Assembly (NCBI GenBank): GCA_044376115.1
Contig: JBILLK010000012.1
Coordinates: 96,001-160,000, forward strand
DNA length: 64,000 bases
Direction of reading: 5' to 3'
Origin: Polyangiaceae bacterium
GTDB lineage: Bacteria; Myxococcota_A; Polyangia; Polyangiales; Polyangiaceae
Part shown: in pieces, positions 8,284 through 17,904 of the stretch
Layout of the letters: the number at the start of each line of letters is the position of its first letter
Numbering within the stretch: position 1 is the stretch's first letter
The notes under the pieces: generated by a model
The model's database searches: none
The model's input: the letters and a program-made list of their open reading frames with translations, nothing else
What the model was told of the DNA's origin: nothing
Made by a program: the position numbers and the translations under genes

Positions 8284-9641
8284 AACCGCGGCTCGAGCCG
8301 AGCATCTAGCGGCAGAATCCAACGCTTGGTGGCCCAGCCGTCCTGCTCCTCGGCAAGGTCGATGGACGAATCGATCAAGGGAGCGCTCGGGCGCCCATTG
8401 AGCGATACCCATGACGATACATAGACGGCTACGGAGATGCCTCGTTCGGCGTAATCCGCCCGAACCACCTTCGCGAACTGCAAAAGCATATCGGGTTGCG
8501 CAGCCATCTGCTTGAGCTGTGGCGGCGTCAGGTAGTCCTCCGGTCGGACTTGCCACCCAAGCCCAGACCTCTTGTCTCGGACCCGCACCTCGACGTAACC
8601 GTTCTTCTCCGCCAACATCACATGCCAGGAGTAGCGGTAGCCTTCATCGGTCCAAAGCGAAGAGCCTGGGTAGAGCAATGCGCGCAGCGGAAAGAGGAGC
8701 TGGAAACCAACATATGGCAGTAACCATAGCGGCAACGCGGCCGTAGGTTTGCTCGTTGGGTCTGAGGTTGGCTGATAATGCGGCAGCCACCTTGGGGCAC
8801 GGAACAGACCCCGGATCCAGCTTCGCGGCGCCTCTGGTGGGAAGAAGACCAGCGCAAAGAGCGACATAAACAGTGGAAACATGCCGATCGGGAAGAGCCG
8901 GGCTGTAACGACATGGAAGCCAACGACAACCCCGTACATCACCAAACGGGTACGTCGCAATGAGAGCAAGAGCGGAGCTGAAAGATCAAACAACATCCCA
9001 GCCCAGCTCATGACGAACGCCGTCTCTTTGTGCATGAGCAGCGGGCCAATCAAGAACACATCCTGATTGCGGGAAAGCCAGATGGTCAGTGGCTGTGCGT
9101 GAATAAGCCAGTCTGGTCCCAGCTTGGCGACGCCCCCAAAAAAGTACACACATCCTACCTGAAAGCGCAGGAGCCAAACCATCCAGCGCGGCAAGCTAGT
9201 TACCTTCAGGTTCAACCGGCGACTATCGAGTGAACCCACATGATGCAGCGGTAAGAGCGACATCAACACAGCGAGCAGGCTCACAAGATAGTAGTGGTTG
9301 AGGTAGTACGTCGTATCGATCGCGTGGGCGTAGCTAAAGAGAAGCGCAAAGAGCAGGCTACTTAGCCTATAGTAGGCGCCGAGCGCGATCCCCAGCGCAG
9401 CGAGGCCTATGAGCCCAAAGACCACGTACATACCAAGGCCTGGTAGCGGTGGTAGCCAACCCACTCCCCAGAAAGGGAAGTGCATCGCTGGCTCGAGATA
9501 GTGCTCCTTTACCCAGCCTCGAGCCACGAACCGAACCGTCGCGACAAACAGCAACACACCAAAGAGTATGCGGAAGAGCACCAGCGAAGCCGGGTCCACC
9601 GGCTCGTGCGCGCGCTGCCGCAGCCGCTCGATCACGCTCAA
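8280..9641 (-). CDS. HTTM-domain, vitamin K-dependent gamma-carboxylase-like membrane protein
   Basis: Motifs PASLVLFRILFG, YLNHYYL, VYFFGGVAKLGPDWL, IGMFP, RYSWHVM, QPDMLLQFA and VSLNGRP...IDLA, all typical of the VKGC/HTTM family. Confidence 0.9.
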   Translation of the reverse strand: MSVIERLRQRAHEPVDPASLVLFRILFGVLLFVATVRFVARGWVKEHYLEPAMHFPFWGVGWLPPLPGLGMYVVFGLIGLAALGIALGAYYRLSSLLFALLFSYAHAIDTTYYLNHYYLVSLLAVLMSLLPLHHVGSLDSRRLNLKVTSLPRWMVWLLRFQVGCVYFFGGVAKLGPDWLIHAQPLTIWLSRNQDVFLIGPLLMHKETAFVMSWAGMLFDLSAPLLLSLRRTRLVMYGVVVGFHVVTARLFPIGMFPLFMSLFALVFFPPEAPRSWIRGLFRAPRWLPHYQPTSDPTSKPTAALPLWLLPYVGFQLLFPLRALLYPGSSLWTDEGYRYSWHVMLAEKNGYVEVRVRDKRSGLGWQVRPEDYLTPPQLKQMAAQPDMLLQFAKVVRADYAERGISVAVYVSSWVSLNGRPSAPLIDSSIDLAEEQDGWATKRWILPLDARLEPRF

Positions 9642-10708
9642 TCACCGTCCATATCACTGAAGGAAATGGTTACTCCCAGCGCGGTCGCAAGGTCACTCGC
9701 GAGGAGCTGTTTGACGCTGCGTAGCGCCTCAACCGCCTTCGCCAGCAGCTCAGCTTCGCTCTCCAGCGCCGTCCGCAACGGGCCGGGTATGTTCTTTACA
9801 GACTTCTCCGCTGCGGTGAGTGCGGCCTGGAACTCACTATCCAAGGTTGGCGAACGATCCTTGACCAAATCGCCCATCCCGAGCCCTTGGACGTCGGCAT
9901 AGTCCCCGTAATAGACAGCAATAGCGCCTGCGAGCAGCGCCAGCGTATCCTGCAACGTATTGTCGGAACGGCGAGATTCCTCGAGTTCAGGCGCAAGAAC
10001 GCCAGTATTGCTCCCAAGCGGAGCTGCGATGGTTTGGATCGCCAGGTCTGAAGCATAAAGCAGTTGGTTGAATAGGGCGTCCATCGCGTCCTTGGGACTC
10101 TTGTAAACCTCACTCCCCGCGCCCGCAGTTGCGAGCTCCTCCGCATGCTTCGCAAAGGCGGCTACCAAGCGATTCACCTCCGACGCCAGGTCATCTCCCA
10201 GCGCTCGTAGGAAGGCTCGGCGCTTATCGTCTTCGGCTAGAGACATGAGCACCACCTCGTCGCCAGCCTGTGAGTCGAAGAGCAGGTACTCCAGCGCCGG
10301 CAGCCCCTTGCGCGTCGTTCCAAGCGAGCTGGGCTCGAAGGGCGGGCCTGATGCGATTGTCTCCTCCACCGCCTCGGGCTCGCAGCCCTTATTCCATCGT
10401 ATATTGGCCTCCACATCCTTGGCAGGGCCAAAGCCGAACACGCGCGCTGCGCTCCAGGCTGCCTGTGTGTCCCGCCATGCAGCTTGCGTCGTGGCGAGGC
10501 CCAGCGCCGTAGGCTCATCTACAAGCGCGACAATGCTGTCCTTCAACGTCGTCGCGGTCTCGGCTAGTAGGCGGTAACTCGGCTTGACCACGATCTCCGC
10601 GAGGTCTTGCAACACCTTCGCCTCGTCTACTGACCCCAATGAATCGTCGGCGCATGCGACCCAAAGCGTACTAGCAGCGACAAGAAACCTTCGACGATTG
10701 ACCGCCAT
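9638..10708 (-). CDS. Imelysin (peptidase M75-like) family Tat lipoprotein
   Basis: NRRRFL twin-arginine signal plus WVAC lipobox; AAW...FGP; KGLPALEYLLF; C-terminal FSDMDGD. Confidence 0.88.
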   Translation of the reverse strand: MAVNRRRFLVAASTLWVACADDSLGSVDEAKVLQDLAEIVVKPSYRLLAETATTLKDSIVALVDEPTALGLATTQAAWRDTQAAWSAARVFGFGPAKDVEANIRWNKGCEPEAVEETIASGPPFEPSSLGTTRKGLPALEYLLFDSQAGDEVVLMSLAEDDKRRAFLRALGDDLASEVNRLVAAFAKHAEELATAGAGSEVYKSPKDAMDALFNQLLYASDLAIQTIAAPLGSNTGVLAPELEESRRSDNTLQDTLALLAGAIAVYYGDYADVQGLGMGDLVKDRSPTLDSEFQAALTAAEKSVKNIPGPLRTALESEAELLAKAVEALRSVKQLLASDLATALGVTISFSDMDGD

Positions 10709-12123
10709 CAGAGAGACTCCAAGAACAGCATTAGATCCTCACGGTCTTCGGACGACGACATGCGAAAGGCCTCACGAGCCGCCTCCCCTTCCCCGCCATG
10801 CCAAAGGATTGCCTCGGCCAGGTTTCTCGCCCGACCGTCATGCAAGAAGAACGTATGCTTGTTAACGCTCTCTTGCAGCCCTATGCCCCATAGAGGGGGT
10901 GTCCTCCACTCCGATCCTGAGGCCAAAAAGTCCGGCCGATTGTCGGCTAGACCTTCCCCCATATCGTGAAGAAGCAGATCGGTGTAGGGCCAGATCTTCT
11001 GCTCCGAGAGTTCGGGATGCCCGGCGAGTTGGCCTGTCCTAAGGGCAAAAGCGTGGCACCCGCCGCAGCCCATCTCCCGGAACAGGTCGCGACCACGAAG
11101 GACCGCGCTACTCCCAACGTTGCGGCGAGCAGGCACAGCCAGCGTCTTTGAATAGTACGCTATGTTAGTAAGCTTACTTTCATCGAGTTCGGGGCTGCCA
11201 CCCGTGGGTGAAGCCTGACAATCAAGCTGCGCCGCTGTGCAGCTCTCCTCTGGAAAGAGGGAGGACGTTATGCCCAGATCTCCAAGGAAAGCGCCGGCTG
11301 TTTGCTGTAACACCGTAGGCTGATTGGCCTTCCACCCAAACCGACCAAGGGCAGTCTGCCCCGCGGCTACGTCATAAACGTAGTTCGGGCGGCCGCTAAT
11401 ACCGTCTGCATCGGCGTCCTCTGGGTCCGAAAGCGCAAGGATGGTCTGTTCCTCGAGCGCTTCCAACAGCCCCAGCCCAATCATCGCGGGAGCCACTCGC
11501 GGGGAGACTAGCACCTGTGGGTCGAGTGGCCCGTAGGCAGGAGACTCAATAAAGTAGCGCGGACGCCTCAAACTGAACGGTTCACCGTCCCCGTAGCTTC
11601 CAGCTACATCCTCATAAACGACCCGCGGAGCAGCCTCCCCAGCAACGCCGAGGATGCCAAAGGGATTGAGCTGACCGCCATAGTTAGGCTCGGCTAGGGG
11701 GCCACCGTCCTCGTTCACTCCTGGAATGCTCAGTCGCAATAGCAAGCCAACAAAGTCATTCCCCTCTTGGGGCGGCTTGCCCCGACCATCCTTGAAGTGA
11801 CATCCTGAGCAGTTCGTTGAGTTGAAGAGCGGGCCCAGTCCGTCCGTACCGGCAGCAGAGGCTGGGGCTGTCACCCATGTACGCCCAAAGAGGTGATCGC
11901 CCAACGCAAAGACCTCCCGCCCCTTGTCATCCAAGTTGCGCGCTGGACGAGCAAAGGCCTCGCGCGACTCGTCAAATACGGTGGTTTCCCCGCCGGAGAG
12001 TTCCTCCCCTGCCTCTACGGCAGGAGCGGATGAGGATTCGCCTTCGGGCTCACAACCGGCCGCCGCGAGCAGCAGAGCAGACGTGAAGCGTGTCCTCTGG
12101 AGACGCATGGGAGAGTGCAGCAT
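10708..12123 (-). CDS. Di-haem oxidoreductase (DHOR, 'thiol oxidoreductase') lipoprotein
   Basis: LSGGETT, DGLGPLFN, two CxxCH motifs (CSGCH, CGGCH), GRFGWKA, YTDLLLHDMG, WRTPPLWG, LHDGRAR. Confidence 0.93.
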   Translation of the reverse strand: MLHSPMRLQRTRFTSALLLAAAGCEPEGESSSAPAVEAGEELSGGETTVFDESREAFARPARNLDDKGREVFALGDHLFGRTWVTAPASAAGTDGLGPLFNSTNCSGCHFKDGRGKPPQEGNDFVGLLLRLSIPGVNEDGGPLAEPNYGGQLNPFGILGVAGEAAPRVVYEDVAGSYGDGEPFSLRRPRYFIESPAYGPLDPQVLVSPRVAPAMIGLGLLEALEEQTILALSDPEDADADGISGRPNYVYDVAAGQTALGRFGWKANQPTVLQQTAGAFLGDLGITSSLFPEESCTAAQLDCQASPTGGSPELDESKLTNIAYYSKTLAVPARRNVGSSAVLRGRDLFREMGCGGCHAFALRTGQLAGHPELSEQKIWPYTDLLLHDMGEGLADNRPDFLASGSEWRTPPLWGIGLQESVNKHTFFLHDGRARNLAEAILWHGGEGEAAREAFRMSSSEDREDLMLFLESL

Positions 12124-12137
12124 CTTCGGCGAGCCCG

Positions 12138-13355
12138 CTATTCAAGATTGATGGTTACACCGAGAGCCGTCGCCACCTCGACGGTCGTATCGGTTAGCTG
12201 CGCCAGCGCTTCCATCGCCAACTTGATCTTCTCGCGCCCGCCACCGACAGCCTCGTCATTGATGGCTTGGTCGAATGGGACCGGAATCGTGCCAATGGCA
12301 GCGATCACCGCTGCCAAGTCAGCCTTCATACGCGCATCGAGCTCAGGATCCACGCTCGCGACTAAATCGTCCAGGCCTGGACCGTCCTCGGCGCCGAAGC
12401 GGCCGAGATAAACGTTCTCGATTCCGATTGCGTCATTGAGGTGGTCCACATGGGTTGTATCGCTGAAGCACGAGTGCTCCTCCTCTTGGTCTCGCTCTTG
12501 ATAAGCATTGTTCATGCGCTCATTGCGCAACTCGCCGCCGGCGAGGCTACCCATCCCCGTCAGAATCTTCTGCAGCGCGGAACGCGGATCCGCGACAAAT
12601 TCGCGCCGATAGTTGTCGCTGCTCGGCTCCCAGCTTGCCTTGACGGACTCTAGATCCGCGACCAGTAGCGCAGTGACCTCCTTGAGGTAAGTACCGCGAC
12701 GCTCCGCGTTGAGCGCAGTTCCACCAGCAGCGAGGTAGTCTGTATGGCTGCGCAGCCCAGCGTCATTGGGCTGCTCATTGAGATCTTGCCCCCAAAGCAG
12801 AAATTCGATGGCGTGGAAGCCAGCAGACAGGCTCTTCTCATTGACGGCCTCATTGGCCTCAGCAATGCCCGCTTGGGTTATCTGCGGAAAACCCTCAGGG
12901 TCATTCACGATCCCAGCGGTCTCGTTACCCGCCACGTAATCGATATAGTTCTCATCGAGCGGCCAACCGTTGATCTTGCCCTCGGGGCCAGTCTCTTCGT
13001 TGTCGATCGGTCCGTTGTAGAAGCGATACACCTCGGATTGGAGATAGGCTGGCCGGGCCGCATTCCAAGCGTCTTTGGCTGCTTGGTGCGTCTCTACGGA
13101 AGGAGCTTCAACAAACGCGGAAACTGCAGTTTCCAGCGTTTTCGCTCGGTCAAGCACGAGCGCATAGTTGGTGTGTACGTTCTCCGCGTAGCTATCCACG
13201 ACGGGCTGTAGCTGTGTATCGCTCAAACCACTCCCGGCGCCACCACCCCCGGTGCCTCCTGTGCCTGCGCTGTCTCCACATGCCGAGAAGCCCAGCAGAG
13301 CGGCGCACGCGAAACCCCCGACAAGCCAATGGTCAACGAACAATGCACTCTTCAT
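12138..13355 (-). CDS. Imelysin / iron-regulated protein A (IrpA-like) lipoprotein
   Basis: Lipobox FSAC; INGWPLDENYIDY; GFHAIEFLLWGQD (GxHxxE); EEEHSCFSDTT. Start moved to the ATG at 13355 because the upstream extension is the Fur box. Confidence 0.92.
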   Translation of the reverse strand: MKSALFVDHWLVGGFACAALLGFSACGDSAGTGGTGGGGAGSGLSDTQLQPVVDSYAENVHTNYALVLDRAKTLETAVSAFVEAPSVETHQAAKDAWNAARPAYLQSEVYRFYNGPIDNEETGPEGKINGWPLDENYIDYVAGNETAGIVNDPEGFPQITQAGIAEANEAVNEKSLSAGFHAIEFLLWGQDLNEQPNDAGLRSHTDYLAAGGTALNAERRGTYLKEVTALLVADLESVKASWEPSSDNYRREFVADPRSALQKILTGMGSLAGGELRNERMNNAYQERDQEEEHSCFSDTTHVDHLNDAIGIENVYLGRFGAEDGPGLDDLVASVDPELDARMKADLAAVIAAIGTIPVPFDQAINDEAVGGGREKIKLAMEALAQLTDTTVEVATALGVTINLE

Positions 13356-13399
13356 ATTGAAAATAGTAATCAATATCGTTTTCATTAGTCAACGATATT
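13356..13399. promoter_or_regulatory. Tandem Fur-box-like operator in the divergent promoter
   Basis: AT-rich island. ATTGAAAATAGTAATCAAT (13356-13374) and AATCAATATCGTTTTCATT (13368-13386) each match about 13/19 of AATGATAATnATTATCATT and are offset by 12 bp. Lies between iron-uptake genes. Confidence 0.75.
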
Positions 13400-13419
13400 T
13401 TGTTGTGCCATGAAGCCGC

Positions 13420-15627
13420 ATGGTCAATCCGAGGTGGTTTGCAGCTGTGGGCGTCTCCACCTTGACTGTGCTCCTAGAGGCTTTTGTCTTGGCGGAGCCG
13501 CCGAGCGGCGCGCCAACCGCGCCGGTGCCCGAGCAGGCCCCAAGTGAGGTCCCTATTGAGCCGACGAGCGCAGAGCCACTCGAGGTTCACGTCCTTGGCG
13601 ACGGGGATGACAACTTGCAAAAGGTCCCTGGGAGTCGGGCTCTACTGACCAAGAAAGAGGTCGACCGTACGGCTCCGCGCACGAGCGCAGAGCTGCTGCG
13701 GCGAATGCCGAGCCTCACCGTCACCTCCGAGGATCCGCATGGGCTACGACTCAATGTCGGATTGCGCGGGCTCGACCCAACGCGCAGCCGCTCAATTCTC
13801 GTCCTGGAAGACGGCGTGCCCATTGCGATCAATCCCTACGCCGAGCCAGACCTCTACTATTCAACGCCGCTTAGCCGCATAGCGGGTATCGAGCTCGTCA
13901 AAGGGAGTGGTGCAGTGCTCTTCGGCCCGCAAACTATTGGAGGAGTGCTCAATTTCCTAACCCACGCTCCGCCCGGTCAACGCGAGTTCGTTGCTAAGTT
14001 GGAAGCTGGAGACTACGGCTTTGTGCATGGCTACGCCCGCTATGGTGATAGCCAAGACGATGTCCGCTACTTGGTATCAGCCGACTTCAAACGCGCGGAC
14101 GGCCCCCGCGAGATTGGCTTTCACGCCTTGGATGCCATGGGAAAGGCAGCCTTCCCAACGGGGCCGCACGGGGAACTACTGGTGAAGGTAGGGGGTTACA
14201 ACGAGCTTTCAGCTTCGACCTACGTTGGGCTTACCCGCGATCAGTTCGAGGCGAACCCGGAGCAGCCCACCCTCGCGCCCGATGATCAGTTCCATGTTCG
14301 TCGTTTCGATCTCTCGCTGACGCATCGTGAACAGTTGAGTGAAACGGTCGAGCTGCGCACCTTGGCCTACGGTTATGTGACCAACCGGACCTGGCGCAGG
14401 CAGCGCTACGACCGGCAAGCGGTGGAGGGCGTTGACTACACTCGGGTCGAGGGAGACCCAACTGTCCCACTAGGAGCCATCTATTTCCGCGATGAAAGCA
14501 TGATTCGGGATCGGCACTACCAAGTTGCCGGGCTCGAGCCCATGCTCACTGCAAAGCTCAATCACGAAGCAGTGCGACAAACACTAACCGCAGGAGTTCG
14601 CGGACACCTTGAATTGGGCCAGCGGGACCAGCGCGCCACAGATACCGTTCGTTCCAACGCGGGAGAGAGCGAGACGCTCGAATCGCAAAAGAGTTTGGCA
14701 CTAGCCCTCTTCGCCCAAGACAGAATCGCTTTTCGCGATTGGCTATTGGTAACTCCGGGCGTCCGCCTGGAACACGCTGCGATGACCCGCGGGACCCAAC
14801 GTGAACTCACGGCGGATGGCCCACGGGACGTCGACTACTCCGGAGATTCCTCGACCACAGCGTTGATTCCTGGCCTAAGCATGCTGCTGGGCACGCCTGA
14901 CTTCAACGGCTTTGGCGGTATTCACGTTGGCTACTCCCCGCCACGGATCTCCTCGGCAATTACGCCTGAAGGGCAGGATCAAGCACTCTCGGCCGAGCGC
15001 AGTACCAACTACGAGGCTGGAGTCCGCGTGCGACCGACCAAGGGCATCTCGCTCGAGGCTACTGGATTTTTAATGGTCTTTCAGAACCAGATCGTGCCGG
15101 CCACAGCCTCGAGCGGAGTGCAGAGCGAACTGGTCAATGGGGGCTCTACGGTTCACCGTGGCGCAGAGGGAAGCATGCTCTTTGAGGTCGGACGACTTGC
15201 TGCTTGGCCGGAGGTCAATCTCGATCTCGCGTTGCGCTACACCTATGCGCTAGCGACCTATCAGGGCGGGCTGTTCAACGGGAACGTTCTCCCTTATGCA
15301 CCCGCACACCACGGCAGCGCCTCGCTCGCCTTCGAACATGAGGTTGGAGTTGGCGCGCAAGCCTCTTATGCATTTACGGGTCCGCAGTTTACGGACGAAG
15401 TCAATTCGGTGCTCGCCGACGCCTCCGGCCGCGTTGGAGAGATTCCGCTGATTGGTACGCTGGATCTCGTGGGGCGTTACACCTACGCGCCCTGGGGCCT
15501 GACGGCTGGCGTCTCCGTGAAGAACGTCGTTGGGAACGTCTTTATCGAGACCCGACGCCCGGATGGCATTCACACCGGAGGCTTTCGCCAGATCATCGGC
15601 AGCCTTCAATTCGAGCTACCGCGCTGA
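13420..15627 (+). CDS. TonB-dependent receptor, FecA-like
   Basis: Signal peptide, TonB-box-like LEVHVLG, plug LRGLDPTRSRSILVLEDGVP...IELVKGSGAVLFGPQTIGGVLN, beta-barrel, AERSTNYEAG. Confidence 0.93.
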   Translation: MVNPRWFAAVGVSTLTVLLEAFVLAEPPSGAPTAPVPEQAPSEVPIEPTSAEPLEVHVLGDGDDNLQKVPGSRALLTKKEVDRTAPRTSAELLRRMPSLTVTSEDPHGLRLNVGLRGLDPTRSRSILVLEDGVPIAINPYAEPDLYYSTPLSRIAGIELVKGSGAVLFGPQTIGGVLNFLTHAPPGQREFVAKLEAGDYGFVHGYARYGDSQDDVRYLVSADFKRADGPREIGFHALDAMGKAAFPTGPHGELLVKVGGYNELSASTYVGLTRDQFEANPEQPTLAPDDQFHVRRFDLSLTHREQLSETVELRTLAYGYVTNRTWRRQRYDRQAVEGVDYTRVEGDPTVPLGAIYFRDESMIRDRHYQVAGLEPMLTAKLNHEAVRQTLTAGVRGHLELGQRDQRATDTVRSNAGESETLESQKSLALALFAQDRIAFRDWLLVTPGVRLEHAAMTRGTQRELTADGPRDVDYSGDSSTTALIPGLSMLLGTPDFNGFGGIHVGYSPPRISSAITPEGQDQALSAERSTNYEAGVRVRPTKGISLEATGFLMVFQNQIVPATASSGVQSELVNGGSTVHRGAEGSMLFEVGRLAAWPEVNLDLALRYTYALATYQGGLFNGNVLPYAPAHHGSASLAFEHEVGVGAQASYAFTGPQFTDEVNSVLADASGRVGEIPLIGTLDLVGRYTYAPWGLTAGVSVKNVVGNVFIETRRPDGIHTGGFRQIIGSLQFELPR

Positions 15628-15631
15628 GCAA

Positions 15632-16138
15632 CTATGCGTCCTGAAGCAGAGCCGCGACCCGCGTGGAGGCACCGTCGATCGGGCCGCAGTTCTCCGCGGG
15701 CGGCTTCGCGTCGGAGGCCTCGAGCCGCTGCTTGGTCGCGAACACGGCGGTGATCGTCATGGTTGAAGTTTCAGCTTCGTAGCCGGCATAGGCCAGCTTG
15801 GCCAGGCCCTCGGTCTTGAGCCAATTCACGCGCGCGAGCGCGCGGGCCTGCAACTCGGCCAGCGGTCCCACGGAGCTCTCGGTTCGAGCAACCATCCAGC
15901 AAGCTTTGCGCTCAGCCGCAACACCATCGCCGTTCTGCTGTTGCCAGACGCGCCCAATCCGAAGCACCGGATGGGTTGCCACGCCAAAGTCGTCGGGTAC
16001 CACGGTGAGCCCCCGTATCGAGAAGTAGCCAGCCGCAGCACCAAACTCGTCGAACACCGCGTAACGCTGGGTTCCAGCCGACTTAACCTCGTACGCGCAG
16101 TCTTCGATGACCACTCGGTTGGGGTCCGGGGCACTCAT
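15632..16138 (-). CDS. Hypothetical protein
   Basis: Fills the gap convergent with the TonB receptor gene; probable start MSAPDPNR at 16138; no recognised family. Confidence 0.6.
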   Translation of the reverse strand: MSAPDPNRVVIEDCAYEVKSAGTQRYAVFDEFGAAAGYFSIRGLTVVPDDFGVATHPVLRIGRVWQQQNGDGVAAERKACWMVARTESSVGPLAELQARALARVNWLKTEGLAKLAYAGYEAETSTMTITAVFATKQRLEASDAKPPAENCGPIDGASTRVAALLQDA

Positions 16139-16319
16139 GGTCTGAGTCTCTCGCGTCCCTCGCTTGAAGTCACGGCGATTGAACACCTCCTGCCTCGCGG
16201 CATTCGAATCGAGCAGCCTTCATTCGTGGCGGTTGTTCCGTTCGCTGCGTCAACCTCTGGCCTTTGGAGTAAGGTGACGTGTTGCTCGCAAGCAAAGGCT
16301 CGAGCGTGAGGAGAACAGA

Positions 16320-16604
16320 ATGAAGCCCGGAAGAAACGACCCTTGCACCTGCGGCTCTGGCAAAAAGTATAAGAAATGCTGCGCCATTACCGATGATGCG
16401 GCGCGCGTGGCTGAGTTAACCGCTTCGCGAGCCGCCGCTGCAGCAGCTGCCGCTGCGGAGGCAGCTGATCCGGAGGCAAAGGAGAAAGCTCAAGCTGCGG
16501 CTGCCCAACGAGCGGCCGCTGGGCGCCCGCTACCGAACGCAGCCCAGAAGCCGAAGACGCCGCCGCGTCCTGGACCTGCCGTGGTGCGCAAGCACGCTGT
16601 TTAG
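16320..16604 (+). CDS. SEC-C metal-binding motif protein
   Basis: [27 protein letters not shown] followed by an Ala-rich tail. Confidence 0.85.
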   Translation: MKPGRNDPCTCGSGKKYKKCCAITDDAARVAELTASRAAAAAAAAAEAADPEAKEKAQAAAAQRAAAGRPLPNAAQKPKTPPRPGPAVVRKHAV

Positions 16605-17866
16605 GTCTGCAACGCTTCGGCTGCGGCGCTGTCCAGCCACCGTAGCGCAGCAAGCAAGCCGATGGCTGCCAGGGCGCTCAAGGCTGCAGCCGCGCCAAAG
16701 GCGGCTCGAGGATCGTACGCATAGAGCAGGCCAAAGCCAACGTTGGCGCCCAAGAGGCCAAGACCGACGACCGCATGATTGGCTCCGAGCGCGCGACCTC
16801 GCAGCGCGGTCGGAGCCAATCGCGTTATCAGCGCCTTCTCTGCACCCTCGCCCAGACCAAAGTGAAAAGCATAGAGCGCAAAGAGCGCCATCGTGGTGGT
16901 GGCGCTCATCGAACATGCGAAGCCAAGATAGGCAGCCGCGTAAAGGAGCCAACTCAAGCCGGTTGCTTTCGCTACGCCAACTCGATCTGCGAGCAGTCCC
17001 CCCGGCGCGTTGAGCAGCGACTTACCAAGTTGTAGACCTATCCAGATAAGAGGTAGCCATTTCAAGGACACGCCTTGCGCAAGTAAGTGCGCCATCAAGA
17101 ACGTATCGGAAGCACCCGCAAGGCTGAACAGCGCAACCAACCCCAACACAAGCTTGAGGCGTGCAGAAAAAGCAGGCTGAGCCGAAGTCAGGCCTACTTC
17201 TGATTGAGCAGTAGTCGGAGGCTCGGGTGGCTCGGGTGGCTCGGGTGGCTCTGGCGGCGTTGGGACATTGGACGTGCGGCGTCTCAACAGTGCGGCTGCC
17301 ACGAGCGTAGATAGGACCCCGGGGACGAACGAGGCTAGCAACACCTGCTCAAGGGTGAGCTCCAAGACCGAGAGCAACAGGAAGGAGGTAAGCCCGCCTA
17401 CGACTGCGCCAAGATTATCCATCCCACGATGGATGCCGAAGGCGTAGGCGCGTCGCTCCTGTGCAACGCTCGCGGCCAAGATTGCGTCACGCGGTGCCGA
17501 GCGCAGACCCTTGCCGACCCGATCTACGCTGCGCAATAGGAGAGCGTGCCAGGGCGCTCCAACGAAGGCGTAGAACGGCCGGACCAAAGCGGCCATTCCA
17601 TAGCCACCTACGACAAGGTAGCGCGCGGCAATGCCGCGATCGGCCAAGCTCCCGCCTAAGTACTTGAAGCCTGCGCTCAGCCCCTCGGCGGTTCCCTCCA
17701 TCAGGCCTAGTGAGCGCGGTCCGCCGCCCACGCTCGCCAATACGGCTGGGAGCAACGGTACAACCATGTCCGCAGCGGCATCGGTCAGCAACGACACGAG
17801 GCCTAACCCCCATACGATCATGGGCACACTCCGGGGACTGGGCCGAGCGACCGGAGAGCTAGACAT
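16601..17866 (-). CDS. MFS transporter
   Basis: About 12 TM segments; [22 protein letters not shown] and [13 protein letters not shown] motifs; (PPE)4 central loop. Confidence 0.92.
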   Translation of the reverse strand: MSSSPVARPSPRSVPMIVWGLGLVSLLTDAAADMVVPLLPAVLASVGGGPRSLGLMEGTAEGLSAGFKYLGGSLADRGIAARYLVVGGYGMAALVRPFYAFVGAPWHALLLRSVDRVGKGLRSAPRDAILAASVAQERRAYAFGIHRGMDNLGAVVGGLTSFLLLSVLELTLEQVLLASFVPGVLSTLVAAALLRRRTSNVPTPPEPPEPPEPPEPPTTAQSEVGLTSAQPAFSARLKLVLGLVALFSLAGASDTFLMAHLLAQGVSLKWLPLIWIGLQLGKSLLNAPGGLLADRVGVAKATGLSWLLYAAAYLGFACSMSATTTMALFALYAFHFGLGEGAEKALITRLAPTALRGRALGANHAVVGLGLLGANVGFGLLYAYDPRAAFGAAAALSALAAIGLLAALRWLDSAAAEALQT

Positions 17867-17904
17867 TGATATTGGTTTCTAAGCGAAGCGCGCTTGCTAC
17901 TCGC

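Noticed and set aside
16313..16323. GAACAGAATGA match to the 26-bp repeat
   Set aside because: Only 11 bp, and explained by the RBS spacer plus start codon of the SEC-C gene.
17218..17258. 9-bp tandem repeat in the MFS gene
   Set aside because: In-frame (PPE)n linker, with no phase-variation potential and not CRISPR.
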